This document shows positions 1 through 10,221 of a DNA stretch of 40,741 nucleotides, piece by piece. Both the position numbers and the translations under genes were made by a program. The notes beneath the pieces were generated by a model. That model searched no databases. It was not told the DNA's origin and saw only the letters and a list, made by a program, of their open reading frames with translations. How positions within the stretch are numbered: position 1 is the first letter of the stretch; each line of letters begins with the position of its first letter. The stretch is from Hyphomicrobiales bacterium (GTDB lineage: Bacteria; Pseudomonadota; Alphaproteobacteria; Rhizobiales; Beijerinckiaceae): contig QHBR01000084.1 in NCBI GenBank assembly GCA_003244015.1, positions 1 to 40,741 on the forward strand. Reading direction: 5' to 3'.

Positions 1-41
1 CAACGCTGCACCGTAAAGAACTGTTGATTGTACCCTAACTG

Positions 42-202
42 TCCGCACCTTGTCCTCTGGCCAAAGGCCGAGCATCACCCTTTCCCCGAAGCCTGTCGGA
101 CAATTCTTTGTCCGCCATGGCGAGGGGTCTGCGGTGTCGATGAAAGAGCAACGTAAAGGGGGATGGGCTCGGGCTTTTCTAAGCCACGAGGCAAGGTGCG
201 GA
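42..202. other. Long self-complementary element (candidate structured RNA or ssDNA origin)
   Basis: TCCGCACCTTG (42-52) is the exact reverse complement of CAAGGTGCGGA (192-202). Nested pairings CCGAGC/GCTCGG (68-73/167-172) and CATCACCCTTT/AAAGGGGGATG (73-83/155-165, one mismatch). Inner hairpin CGGACAA/TTGTCCG (97-103/108-114). Confidence 0.5.
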
Positions 203-232
203 AATGGTTGGAATCGTTGCGCTTTCTAGCGC

Positions 233-290
233 ACAGGATACAGATACAGTCAACAGATACAGGATACGTTATCGTATCTGTAGTCTGTAT
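233..290. repeat. Clustered GATAC(A) direct repeats with an inverted copy
   Basis: ACAGGATACAGATACAGTCAACAGATACAGGATACG followed by inverted CGTATCTGT, next to the excisionase gene. Confidence 0.45.
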
Positions 291-305
291 GGGGTGTCGG
301 ACATG

Positions 306-342
306 AAAAAGGAGCAGCCGATTGGCGACACCGACTGCTCCT
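306..342 (-). terminator. Intrinsic terminator downstream of the AlpA-like gene
   Basis: AGGAGCAG/CTGCTCCT stem followed by a T-run on the minus strand (A5 at 306-310 on +). Confidence 0.6.
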
Positions 343-368
343 CGCCCTTTATCAGGAAGTGCTGTGTC

Positions 369-566
369 TTACTGATCTTGGGGTTTCTCGAAAAAGGGTT
401 TGATCTCAAGCCAGCACCACGCAACTCGTGAGCCTCGGTGATGTCCGTATGTTTTAGGATGCGGAAATCGACCAGCCGCGATCATTCGGTGCGTATGCGC
501 TCGACTATAAGGCCAGCCCAAATTTTTGAGTACCTTCCAAGTTACTAACAGGCGTTCATCAAGCAT
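369..566 (-). CDS. AlpA-family excisionase / phage regulatory protein (65 aa)
   Basis: MLDERLLVTWKVLKNLGWPYSRAHTHRMIAAGRFPHP...RVAW matches the AlpA pattern (SR..IyR....G.FP.P....RvaW). RBS AGAAAGGA upstream of the ATG at 566. Directly downstream of an integrase. Confidence 0.75.
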   Translation of the reverse strand: MLDERLLVTWKVLKNLGWPYSRAHTHRMIAAGRFPHPKTYGHHRGSRVAWCWLEIKPFFEKPQDQ

Positions 567-612
567 CGGAGTTCCTTTCTGGTGAAAGGGCACCGGTGCC
601 CATGGTGCGTCG

Positions 613-1330
613 CTAGCGGGCGACGAATGATATGAGAAAATTTTGATATTTTGCAAGTGCTTCCCGCATCTGTGGAAGATAGCGGAAACGATTATATGTC
701 CCTTGCACGTCCTGTTTGAAAGTCAGATGCGAAAGCAGGGCCTCGGTAACGTGAGGTTCAATATCAAGGCTCGCCCAAAAAGTTGAAGCTGATCTGCGAA
801 TATCGTGAATGGTGAAATGGGCGACGCCGTCCAATCTTTTGTCCAGTGCCGCTTTCGCTTTGCTCCAACCGTTAAAGGGAGTGTCCCTAGCACGAGCGGG
901 AAAAAGTAAGCCGTCCCCTTGAAGGTATGGTTTTGCGATGTCGGGGAAGGGAATGATGTGCGGTAGGCTGTTTTTCATGATGGCCGCAGGAAATGTGATC
1001 GTCTATTTTTCGTGGTCAATCCAAGAGGAATGAAGGGCGGCAATCTCGCCCCGTCGCTGTCCAAGGATGATGCAAAGGCGGATGATCCGGCCAAAGTTGC
1101 CGTCGCCCGACTTGTTCCAAACTTCTTGCAATTCTTCGGGCGAAAGTACCCGCTCGCGGGAAGGGGTTTTGGTCGGCAGCCCCATGCCCTCAAGCGGTGA
1201 ATGGTCGATGTACCTGCGGGTTACGGCCCAACGAAAAAAACGGCGTGCGACTGAAAAGCTTTAATTCGCCTCCCTCGGTGTCTTGTGGAGTTTGTCGATG
1301 ATTTCCGTCATGCCGTCCGTCATGTGCGAG
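613..1330 (-). pseudogene. Tyrosine recombinase/integrase, truncated, with two in-frame stops
   Basis: One frame reads ...KLHKTPREAN*SFSVARRFFRWAV...RERVLSPEEL...LGQRRGEI...HEK*TITFPAAIMKN...HDIRRS...LSH...YNRF, containing the R, HxxR, H and Y catalytic motifs. Stops at 1261-1263 (TAA) and 1003-1005 (TAG). N-terminus missing. Confidence 0.85.
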
Positions 1331-1508
1331 GCAGGAGTTTCTTCTCGAAAAAATTACCTTGAAAACGAGAAAATGCAACCGTACCTCGTTATCGAAAAAC
1401 GCGAATCTTACAAACCATCCTGTATCTTAGCCGTTTCGTTGCAAATTTAGGCAATCTCAAAATTTTTGGAGCGGGAGCTTTGTGTTCTCGGGACCTTGCG
1501 GCGGCGGG

Positions 1509-1965
1509 TTAGATGGACTTCATGTATTTCACGGTGGAGAACAGCTTACCGACATACCACCAGACGAAATACACGATAATCGAGACGAACCCGGAGAAGA
1601 ACGCCGCGACGCCCACGACATCCTTACCGAAGGTACGCATCGTGCCGCGTTCGATAATTCTTATGTATTCCGGCATCGAGGTACGAACGTTGTGGAAGCC
1701 GATGACATCGGCCAAGGACATCAGCGTGCCATATTGCTCGGTTGGCGCATGGAATTGAAAGGTGACCAGCATGATCGGCAGGACGGTCGGCCACATGCGC
1801 CGGTCCTTCCAGTCGACCCAGAAGTCCCAGTCGCCCATGGGTCAGCATGGCATGGACATGATAGCCGCCAATCATGATCAGAAAGAGGAACGTCAGGATC
1901 AGAAGGTCGGCTGTGTGGACGGCAGTCGCCGCCTCGGCGCGGGAATGGAACGGCGAACCCGCGAA
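1509..1965 (-). pseudogene. pmoA: Particulate methane monooxygenase subunit PmoA remnant (5' truncated, +1 frameshift, large internal deletion)
   Basis: GSPFHSRAEA...GGYHVHAMLT / MGDWDFWVDWKDRRMWPTVLPIMLVTF is fused directly to QFHAPTEQYGTLMSLADVIGFHNVRTSMPEYIRIIERGTMRTFGKDV...KYMKSI. Extra base near 1839-1841; deletion junction at 1757/1758. Confidence 0.95.
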
Positions 1966-2386
1966 CCACGTGATTATCGGAATTATCCGGTCCTGGTGGC
2001 TTATCCTCCCACTGAAGTTGGCCTACCGTCCGACATGGAAATCTCCTTCTGAAGTGGTAGATTAAATTATAGGGCAATCTCAATTTCGTAGCGAGGAAAA
2101 TTTCTGCGTGAACGACACTGACTTGCGCGGCGTTTTTCCATGGACTGTTGCAAAAATATCCAACCCTCTGATGGTAAACGTGAATTAACTACTTGGGCTC
2201 TCTTTGCGGCACCTCCTAGCGGGAGCTACGCCGCATTTTGGTCGCATTCGCCGGGCGAAACTCCCCCAGGCTTTGCCATGGCTTTAAGCCTTCGGAAACC
2301 GGAGGCTGCGAGACTTCCGGCTTGCCTGTCATTAGAACCGGCACAGGCCCGCGCTGCGGTCCGCGCCGCAAGCCAAGGGGACGCGC

Positions 2387-3292
2387 ATGCGGGCGAAGCG
2401 AATTCTCTGTGTTTCAGCGCGTTCCTTCGCCGTATTTTCGCGGTTTCCCCGCAAGGCTGACGCTCCAGTCCGTTGCATCGTCGCGGGGCTTGCCGGCAGC
2501 GCGGCCCTAAGCCTTGGCGGATGCGCGCAGCAGCCGCAGCGTCTCGCCTACGCGAATTCGACGGAGTATTTTCCATCCTCCATCTATGGCCCCGCGAGCC
2601 CGCGCGTCGTTGCCGACGGCGAGCCGGTGCCGCGCGGGGGCGGGATGTATATGCTCGGCAAGCCCTATACGGTCGCCGGGCTAACCTATTACCCGAGCGA
2701 AAAACACTATGCCGCCATTGGCCTTGCTTCCTGGTATGGCGATGCCTTTCACGGCCGCCGCACCGCAAATGGCGAGGTGTTCGATCGCGATTCGGTTTCC
2801 GCCGCCCATCCGACGCTGCCTCTGCCAAGCTATGCGCGCGTCACCAATTTGCGCAACCATTACTCGATGATCGTGCGCGTCAACGACCGCGGGCCTTTTG
2901 CCGCCCATCGCATCATGGACGTTTCCCACAAGACCGCCGAGGCCCTGGATTTCTGCCAGAGGGGAACGACGCCGGTCAAGATCGAATATATCGGCGCCGC
3001 GAGCCTCGCCGGGTCAAACGACCAAAAGTTGCTCGCGACCTTGCGTTTGGATGGACCGGCATCGCTCGCCGGCTGGGAGGGCCGCGACCGTGGCATGGTT
3101 GCCGCGAACGCCCCGCCCCTTGCCGCTCCCGCCGAGGCGGGGTCCATCTCCTCGGCCGCTGGCGATGCCGCGGCCGAGCCGGATTCGGCGCCAGCCAGCC
3201 GCGCCAGTGGCCGCCAGGTTCCTTTGCCGCCGGCGCGGCCCTTCGACCTCGGGACGATCCCGGGCGCCGGCGTGCCGATAGCCTTGCGCTGA
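2387..3292 (+). CDS. rlpA: Septal ring lytic transglycosylase RlpA family lipoprotein
   Basis: Lipobox-like LGGC, GLASWYG..FHGRRTANGE, AAHPTLPLPSY, VRVNDRGPF; usual position upstream of dacA-tmk. Confidence 0.9.
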   Translation: MRAKRILCVSARSFAVFSRFPRKADAPVRCIVAGLAGSAALSLGGCAQQPQRLAYANSTEYFPSSIYGPASPRVVADGEPVPRGGGMYMLGKPYTVAGLTYYPSEKHYAAIGLASWYGDAFHGRRTANGEVFDRDSVSAAHPTLPLPSYARVTNLRNHYSMIVRVNDRGPFAAHRIMDVSHKTAEALDFCQRGTTPVKIEYIGAASLAGSNDQKLLATLRLDGPASLAGWEGRDRGMVAANAPPLAAPAEAGSISSAAGDAAAEPDSAPASRASGRQVPLPPARPFDLGTIPGAGVPIALR

Positions 3293-3528
3293 CCGAGCTT
3301 AACGAATCCGCCAGCCTATTCAAATTTGCCTCAACAGCCAAGGTCGGGTATTCCGGCTTGGTTGGGCGAATCGATCACCGTAATTTGTCAAAGCCGCAAG
3401 CCGTACGCTCTCGCCGAATGCCATTCGGGCATTGATCGTCCCTGCGCCAGAGGGTACGACAATCATTTGATGGAATTCCTCTCGGGCCGAGCCCGGATAT
3501 GGAAGTCCTGCCCGGGCGGCGGTGCGCA

Positions 3529-4752
3529 ATGCAAACAATTGGATCGATTGCCCGCTTTTTTCGTCTCTGGTTTCCGTATCCGGTCCCGACGGTCTTGCTG
3601 GCGGTTCTCCTTTCGGGACCGGCCGGCGGCGTTACCGCGGCCTTGGCCCAGACGTTTCAGACCAGCGCGCCCCATGCGATCTTGATCGATTCAGCCTCCA
3701 GCAGCGTGCTGTTTGAGAAAGATGCCGACACGCTCGTCGTTCCGGCATCCACGGTAAAGATCATGACCGCCGAAATCGTATTCCACGAAATCGCCTTGGG
3801 CCATCTAAAACTCGACGATCAATTTGTGGTCAGCGAAACGGCGTGGCGTTATGGCGGCGCGCCCGCCCGGGGGTCCGCCATGTTCGCCGCTCCCAACAGC
3901 CAAATCAGGATCGAGGATTTGATTCGCGGCCTCGTGATTGACTCGGGCAATGATGCGGCGATCGCGCTTGCCGAAGGGATTGCCGGATCGGAAGGAGCCT
4001 TTGCCACGCTCATGACGAAACGCGCGCGCGAACTTGGACTAGAGCATTCGACCTTTACCAACGCGTGGGGCAGGGGAGATCCCGATCAAAAAGTAAGCCC
4101 CAGGGAAATGACGGCTCTCGCCAATCACGTCATCCTGACCTACCCGGATCTTTACAAATATTTCGGCGAGAAAGATTTTACCTGGAACAAGATTAAGCAG
4201 GCGAATCGCAATCCTCTTCTGACCATGGATCTCGGCGCGGACGGGCTGAAAACCGGCAACATCGACAACAGCGGATATGGCCTTGTCGGCTCCGCCGTCC
4301 AAAACGGTCAACGCCTGATCCTGGCGCTCTATGGCGCGCCGACCGCCAAGGAGCGCGCCGAGGAAGCGCGCAAGATTTTCCTTTGGGGGTTTCGTTCGTT
4401 CGACTCGAAAACGATTTTTCAGGCTGGCGAGACAATCGGCGGCGCCAAGGTCTATGGCGGCAGCGCCTCGGAGGTGCCACTTGTCGCCGACAAGGAAGTG
4501 AGGATTCTAGTGCCCCGGACCGTGACCGGCAAATTCACCGGGCGAATTGTCTACACGGGTCCGCTGATCGCGCCAGTCGAGGCTGGGCAGGTGGTTGCGC
4601 GTCTCAAGATATTTCGTGGAACGGAGCTAATCCTCGATCTGCCTTTGAAGACGGCGGCGGCGATCGAGCAAGGCGCGCTGCCGCGCCGGGCCATGGACGC
4701 CGGGCTCGAATATGCGACCGGGCTCTTCCGTAAATTTGTCGTCAAGCGATGA
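3529..4752 (+). CDS. dacA: D-alanyl-D-alanine carboxypeptidase (PBP5/6)
   Basis: SxxK (PASTVK), SxN (SGNDA) and KTG motifs, signal peptide. Start could be 3499 or 3529. Confidence 0.92.
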   Translation: MQTIGSIARFFRLWFPYPVPTVLLAVLLSGPAGGVTAALAQTFQTSAPHAILIDSASSSVLFEKDADTLVVPASTVKIMTAEIVFHEIALGHLKLDDQFVVSETAWRYGGAPARGSAMFAAPNSQIRIEDLIRGLVIDSGNDAAIALAEGIAGSEGAFATLMTKRARELGLEHSTFTNAWGRGDPDQKVSPREMTALANHVILTYPDLYKYFGEKDFTWNKIKQANRNPLLTMDLGADGLKTGNIDNSGYGLVGSAVQNGQRLILALYGAPTAKERAEEARKIFLWGFRSFDSKTIFQAGETIGGAKVYGGSASEVPLVADKEVRILVPRTVTGKFTGRIVYTGPLIAPVEAGQVVARLKIFRGTELILDLPLKTAAAIEQGALPRRAMDAGLEYATGLFRKFVVKR

Positions 4753-5450
4753 GCGAGGTGGGAGCACAAATCCATGCCGCAAGAGAGCGCGGATCCCTCG
4801 TCACGCTTGAAGGCGGCGAAGGCGTTGGCAAATCGACTCAGATCCGCCATCTCCTGCGCAACCTCCGGGACACGGGAATAGAGGCGATTTCCACGAGAGA
4901 GCCGGGCGGATCGCCGGGCGCGGAAATCTTGCGCAAAGTGCTCCTATCGGGCGGCGTGGCGCGCCTTGGCCCGGCCGCCGAAGCAATTCTCTTTGCGGCG
5001 GCTAGGGTCGACCATATCGACAAGAAGATCGAACCCGCCCTGGCGGCGGGAACTTTTGTCGTCTGCGACAGGTTCGCGGACTCGACAAGGGCTTATCAAG
5101 GCACGCGCGGACAACTCGATCCGCGGTTCCTGCGCGCGCTCGAACGCGTCACCTTGGGCGATGTTCGGCCCAGCCTGACCTTGATCCTCGACCTCCCGGC
5201 GGCCGAAGGCCTCGCCCGCACGTCGGCCCGGCGCGGTGGGGGAGAAGCACCCGATCGTTTCGAGCGCGAGGATTTAGAATTTCACGAGAACCTCCGCGCC
5301 GCTTTTCTGGCGATAGCGGCGGCGGAACCCATGCGCTGCGCCGTTGTCAACACGGCGCGCGCCGAGGCGGACGTCGCGCACGAGATCTTCGATGTCATAT
5401 TAAACAGGCTCATCGCTCCGGCGCAAGCGAAGCGGGAGAGACGCGGCTAG
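4749..5450 (+). CDS. tmk: Thymidylate kinase
   Basis: EGGEGVGKST P-loop, TREPGG, CDRFADST.AYQG, DRFE. Confidence 0.95.
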   Translation: MSEVGAQIHAARERGSLVTLEGGEGVGKSTQIRHLLRNLRDTGIEAISTREPGGSPGAEILRKVLLSGGVARLGPAAEAILFAAARVDHIDKKIEPALAAGTFVVCDRFADSTRAYQGTRGQLDPRFLRALERVTLGDVRPSLTLILDLPAAEGLARTSARRGGGEAPDRFEREDLEFHENLRAAFLAIAAAEPMRCAVVNTARAEADVAHEIFDVILNRLIAPAQAKRERRG

Positions 5451-5454
5451 TACG

Positions 5455-6543
5455 ATGGCGCCCAAAACCTTGGAATCCAGTCCCGAGTCCGACCGTTTTG
5501 AAAATACCCCGCATCCGCGCGAGAGCTATAATTGTTTTGGTCATGCAGAGACGGAAAGGCAACTGCTTTTGTCCTATGTGTCGGGACATTTGCCGCAGGC
5601 TTACATTGTTGGCGGGCCGCCTGGCGTCGGCAAAGCCACGCTCGCCTGGCGCCTCGCGCGCTTTCTTCTGGCGAACCCCGGTCCGGCGGCTGCCGCGGGC
5701 GAGGCGAGGGCGGATCTTTTTGTTGCCCCCGATCATCTTGTCGCTCGCCAAATCGCCGCAATGGCGCACCCCGATCTCGCTTTCCTGCGCCGCGAGTGGA
5801 ACGAAAAAGACAAAAGGTTCTTCACCGAAATCCGGGTCGAGGATGTCCGCCGCGCCATCCACATGTTCCAGCAGGCGCCAGGGCGGGGCGGCTACAGGAT
5901 CTGCATCCTCGATTGCGCCGAGGACCTCAACCCGTCAAGCGCGAACGCGCTTTTGAAACTCATCGAGGAACCGCCGCCGCGCTCGCTGTTTCTAATCGTG
6001 GCGAACCGGCCCGGCCGCATGCTGGCGACGCTGCGCTCACGCTGCCAAAAAATCCTTCTCAAATCCCTGATGGCGGCGGACGCCGGCCACGCAGTGGCGG
6101 CGCTCGGACCGCCGTGGTCCGCCACCGGCGAAGCGAAGCTTGCGGCCGCGATCGCGCGCGCTCATGGCTCGATCCATAATGTTTTGCGGCTCCTCGACGA
6201 TCGCGGAATCGCGTTCGACACAAATCTCGGACGCATGCTGGACGATCTGCCTCGAATAGATTGGAGCAACGTCCATGCGTTGGCCGACCGGGTCGCGGTG
6301 CGCAACAACGGCAAGGATTACGAGACGATGCTCGCCGCGATCGACGATTGGCTCGATACCAGAGTGCGGCGCGGCGCGCTGAGTCCGGAAGCCAATTGCG
6401 CGCGGCTTGCGCCCTACGCCCTTGTATGGGAAAAACTAGCGGAGGCGGCGCGCGAGACCGATACCTTCAATCTGGACAAGAGGCCGTTTGTCCTGTCCCT
6501 GTTCGCCGATTTGGCGGCGGCGGCGCGGGCGTCTTCATCCTGA
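5455..6543 (+). CDS. holB: DNA polymerase III delta' subunit
   Basis: GPPGVGKATLA, HPDL, ANALLKLIEEPP, TLRSRC; tmk-holB-metG synteny. Confidence 0.92.
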   Translation: MAPKTLESSPESDRFENTPHPRESYNCFGHAETERQLLLSYVSGHLPQAYIVGGPPGVGKATLAWRLARFLLANPGPAAAAGEARADLFVAPDHLVARQIAAMAHPDLAFLRREWNEKDKRFFTEIRVEDVRRAIHMFQQAPGRGGYRICILDCAEDLNPSSANALLKLIEEPPPRSLFLIVANRPGRMLATLRSRCQKILLKSLMAADAGHAVAALGPPWSATGEAKLAAAIARAHGSIHNVLRLLDDRGIAFDTNLGRMLDDLPRIDWSNVHALADRVAVRNNGKDYETMLAAIDDWLDTRVRRGALSPEANCARLAPYALVWEKLAEAARETDTFNLDKRPFVLSLFADLAAAARASSS

Positions 6544-6600
6544 CACAGGAGGCGGCAGGGGCTCCGGCGGCTCCGCGCGATGCTTTAAGATTGCAAGTTC

Positions 6601-8214
6601 ATGAGTGCCCGCTCCCCCTTCTATATCACGACCGCGATACCCTACGCCAATGGCGCGCCGCATATTGGACACGCCTATGAGCGGATCGCGGCCGATGCGA
6701 TTGCCCGCTTCAAGCGGCTCGACAGCTTCGATGTCTTGTTCGTCACCGGGATGGACGAACATGGCCAGAAAATGCAACGGACCGCCGCGCGCGAAGGGGA
6801 GACCCCGCAACAACTCGCCGACCGCACCGCGGCGCAATTTGCCGCGATGGGCGCCGCTCTTTTTGCTGGAGCAGACGACGTCGTGCGCACCACGCAAACC
6901 CGCCACCATGCGGCCGCGCGCGAGCTTTGGGCCCGGATGGCGGCGGCGGGCGACATTTATCTCTCCAAATATCCCGGCTGGTATTCGGTTCGCGACGAAG
7001 CTTTTTTCGACGAAAACGAGCTGATCGAAGGTCCCGGCGGCACCCGTCTCGCCCCGACCGGGGCGCCGGTCGAATGGGTCGAGGAGGAGAGCTATTACTT
7101 CAAGCTCTCGGCCTACCGGGACCGGCTCCTCAAGCTATACCGCGATAGCCCGGATTTCGTGACGCCGGAAAAATACCGCAACGAAATTGTTGCGTTTGTC
7201 GAACGCGGCCTGACCGATCTTTCGATCAGCCGTTCGACCTTCGACTGGGGCATTCCGGTGCCGGGCGATGCGCGCCATGTGATGTATGTCTGGGTCGATG
7301 CGTTGGCGAATTATATCACCGCAACCGGATTCCCGGACCCTAAGGCGCTTCGCGGAAAATTTTGGCCGGCGAGCGCGCATGTGATCGGCAAGGACATTAC
7401 CAGATTTCACGCCGTCTATTGGCCGGCGTTCCTGATCTCGGCCAAACTTGCGCTGCCTCGCCAAATCGTCGTCCATGGATTTCTCTTCAACCGGAACGAG
7501 AAAATGTCGAAGTCGGTTGGCAATGTGATCGATCCGCTAGAGCTCGCCCGGCATTACGGCGCCGACCAGTTGCGGTATTTTCTGCTGCGCGAAGTGCCGT
7601 TTGGCCAGGACGGCGCTTATTCGCATGAAGCCATCGTCAATAGGATCAATGCCGATCTTGCCAACGATCTCGGCAATCTCGCGCAGCGCTCCTTGTCGAT
7701 GATCGCCGCGAATTGCGAGGGCAAGATGCCGGCGCCGTCGCACTTCAGCGATGCGGACTTGGCGATCCTCGACGCGGCGGACGCGCTCCTGGGCAAGGCG
7801 CGGATCGCCATGCAGAGCTTCGCGCTGCATGGCGCGCTCGCCGATATCTGGCACGTCGTCGGCGACGCCAATCGCTATTTTGCGGCCGAGCAGCCTTGGG
7901 TCAAACGCAAGACTGATTTCGCACGCATGGAGACCATAATCTACGTTACCGCGGAAGTCTTGCGCAAGATCGCGATCCTCTCTCAGCCATTCATGCCCAT
8001 CGCGATGGCGAAGCTGCTCGATCTCTTGCAAATCGCGCAGGAACATCGCGATTTCGAGCATATTGGTTGGAAAGGCGCCCCAGGCCGGCCTCTGCCAACG
8101 CCCGCGCCGGTTTTTCCGCGTTACGTGGAATTGGAAGAAACAGTGCGGATCGGGGATCTCGCGGAGGCAATCATTGTTCCTGGAGTCTCCCGGGAGGCCA
8201 AGCGTGCTGATTGA
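6601..8214 (+). CDS. metG: Methionine--tRNA ligase
   Basis: [17 protein letters not shown] (HIGH), DEHGQK, YVWVDAL, KMSKS. Confidence 0.96.
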   Translation: MSARSPFYITTAIPYANGAPHIGHAYERIAADAIARFKRLDSFDVLFVTGMDEHGQKMQRTAAREGETPQQLADRTAAQFAAMGAALFAGADDVVRTTQTRHHAAARELWARMAAAGDIYLSKYPGWYSVRDEAFFDENELIEGPGGTRLAPTGAPVEWVEEESYYFKLSAYRDRLLKLYRDSPDFVTPEKYRNEIVAFVERGLTDLSISRSTFDWGIPVPGDARHVMYVWVDALANYITATGFPDPKALRGKFWPASAHVIGKDITRFHAVYWPAFLISAKLALPRQIVVHGFLFNRNEKMSKSVGNVIDPLELARHYGADQLRYFLLREVPFGQDGAYSHEAIVNRINADLANDLGNLAQRSLSMIAANCEGKMPAPSHFSDADLAILDAADALLGKARIAMQSFALHGALADIWHVVGDANRYFAAEQPWVKRKTDFARMETIIYVTAEVLRKIAILSQPFMPIAMAKLLDLLQIAQEHRDFEHIGWKGAPGRPLPTPAPVFPRYVELEETVRIGDLAEAIIVPGVSREAKRAD

Positions 8215-9001
8215 CAGTCATTGCCACCTCGATTTTCCGGATTTCGCCGCCGAGCGCCATGCCGTGGTCGGCCGCGCGCGCGCGGCCGGGCTTAAGCGGA
8301 TGATCACGATCTCGACGCGTGTTCGGGAATTTGCGGCGATCCGCAGCCTCGTCGAGGCCTATGACGACGTCTATTGCACGGTCGGGACGCATCCGCATAA
8401 TGCGCATGAGGAAGAGGTCACGGCCGCCGAGCTTGTCGATCTCGCGCGCCACCCGAAATGCGTCGGCATTGGCGAGGCCGGACTCGATTATCATTACGAC
8501 AAAACCCCGCGCGCCATCGCCGCGAGGGTTTTCCGCGCCCATATCGCGGCCGCCCGGCAAAGCGGGCTGCCGATTGTCGTTCATGCCCGCGACGCGGACG
8601 CCGATATCGCCGCGATCTTGGGGGACGAGATGGGGAAGGGCGCTTTTGCAGGGCTTCTCCATTGCTTCACCTCGTCCGCCGCGCTTGCCGAGGCCGCGCT
8701 TTCGCTTGGGCTCTATATTTCATTTTCCGGCGTCTTGACGTTTAAGAATTCGCGGCCGCTGCGGGAGATCGCCCGCGCGTTGCCAATGGACAGGGTATTG
8801 GTCGAAACCGACGCGCCGTATCTGGCGCCGGTTCCCTATCGCGGCAAGCGCAACGAACCGGCATTTGTCGCGGCCACCGCAGAAGTATTGGCCGAAGTGA
8901 AGGGCGTTTCGCCGCAAACAATCGCCGCGGCAACAAGCGCCAATGCGCTGCGCCTGTTTTCCAAGATGCCTGCTCCCGCGATCGGCGCGGAGGCGGCGTG
9001 A
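8204..9001 (+). CDS. tatD: TatD-family hydrolase/DNase
   Basis: GTG start at 8204; [33 protein letters not shown]. Confidence 0.92.
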   Translation: MLIDSHCHLDFPDFAAERHAVVGRARAAGLKRMITISTRVREFAAIRSLVEAYDDVYCTVGTHPHNAHEEEVTAAELVDLARHPKCVGIGEAGLDYHYDKTPRAIAARVFRAHIAAARQSGLPIVVHARDADADIAAILGDEMGKGAFAGLLHCFTSSAALAEAALSLGLYISFSGVLTFKNSRPLREIARALPMDRVLVETDAPYLAPVPYRGKRNEPAFVAATAEVLAEVKGVSPQTIAAATSANALRLFSKMPAPAIGAEAA

Positions 9002-9795
9002 GTCTCACCTTCACCATCCTCGGCTGCGGATCCTCCGGCGGGGTTCCGCGCGTCGGCCAAGGCTGGGGCGCCTGCGATCGCAATAATCCCAAAAACCGGC
9101 GCCGGCGCTGTTCGATCTTCGTCGAGCGCACCGGCGAGAACGGCGCCACTACGCAAGTCCTCGTCGACATGTCGCCGGATCTTCGCGAGCAATTGCTCGA
9201 ACTCGGCATCGGCCGGCTCGACGCCATCATGCTGACCCATTCGCACGCCGACCATATTCATGGAATTGACGAGATCCGGCCTTTGGTCATCATGGCGCGG
9301 CGAAAAATCGACCTCTATATGGACGCCGCCACTTCGGCCCTCGTGCGCGCGAATTTTGGTTATGTTTTCGAAACGCCACCCGGCAGCCATTATTCTGCTT
9401 TGCTAAATGAACATCGTTTAGTAACAGGCCAAACTGTAACTATAAATGGTCCTGGCGGGCCTCTGAATGCTGTTCCGTTCAAGCTTCAACATGGCGAGAT
9501 TGACGCGCTCGGTTTTCGGTTTGGCAAGGTCGCCTATTCGCCCGATCTCAACGCCGTTCCCATCGAGAGCCTCGATTTTCTGGAGGGGCTCGACCTGTGG
9601 ATCGTCGACGCTTTGCGCTACACGCCGCACCCCAGTCATTTTTCCTTGCCGGAAACGCTCGACTGGATCGCCAAATTGCGGCCCAAGCGCGCGATTCTCA
9701 CCAATCTTCATAGCGATCTCGATTTCGCGCGGCTCAAAGGCGAACTTCCGGCGAATGTCGAACCTGCTTTCGATGGCATGCGAATTTGCGCCTGA
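8998..9795 (+). CDS. Metallo-beta-lactamase-fold hydrolase (PhnP-like)
   Basis: LGCGSSGGVP, THSHADHIHG, DGM; usual neighbour of tatD. Confidence 0.9.
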   Translation: MSLTFTILGCGSSGGVPRVGQGWGACDRNNPKNRRRRCSIFVERTGENGATTQVLVDMSPDLREQLLELGIGRLDAIMLTHSHADHIHGIDEIRPLVIMARRKIDLYMDAATSALVRANFGYVFETPPGSHYSALLNEHRLVTGQTVTINGPGGPLNAVPFKLQHGEIDALGFRFGKVAYSPDLNAVPIESLDFLEGLDLWIVDALRYTPHPSHFSLPETLDWIAKLRPKRAILTNLHSDLDFARLKGELPANVEPAFDGMRICA

Positions 9796-10221
9796 ATTGG
9801 GCCGGTCAGCTTTAATCTCACTTTTCAGCTTCGTAACATAGGCCGCTGATATCAAATGCTCATTGTAGATGCGAACATATGGTGCGCTCAGCCGCGCCAT
9901 GGGATCTGAGTGTATGTTCCATAATATAGATTATGCGAATCGCCGCCTTGGCGGGCGATCTTTTCCAATCGCGCGCCTTCAAACCATGCCGATTGGAGTA
10001 GCCAAGCAGGCCGACAATTGCTATGCTTTATACGGCACGGGATTTTCGGCATTTGGAACAACGACTGTCGGCGCGCTTATGGGCTGGCACCCTTGCGGGG
10101 CTGGCCCTTTGGCGCGCGCGTTTTTCGGAAATTGCGCCGACGAGCCGGTGGGAGCTAACGGAGGAACCCGCGCCAGGTCAACGTTGGATATGATTTTTTG
10201 GTGGAGACGAGCAGGCACATC

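Noticed and set aside
1467-1476. TGGAGCGGG resembles the reverse complement of a tRNA 3' end (possible att core)
   Set aside because: Only about 9 nt match and no T-arm follows; it lies just downstream of the pmoA stop and may be pmoA-pmoB spacer.
2140-2300. Expected tRNA divergent from rlpA as the integration target
   Set aside because: No cloverleaf or GTTCGAATC T-loop found on either strand.
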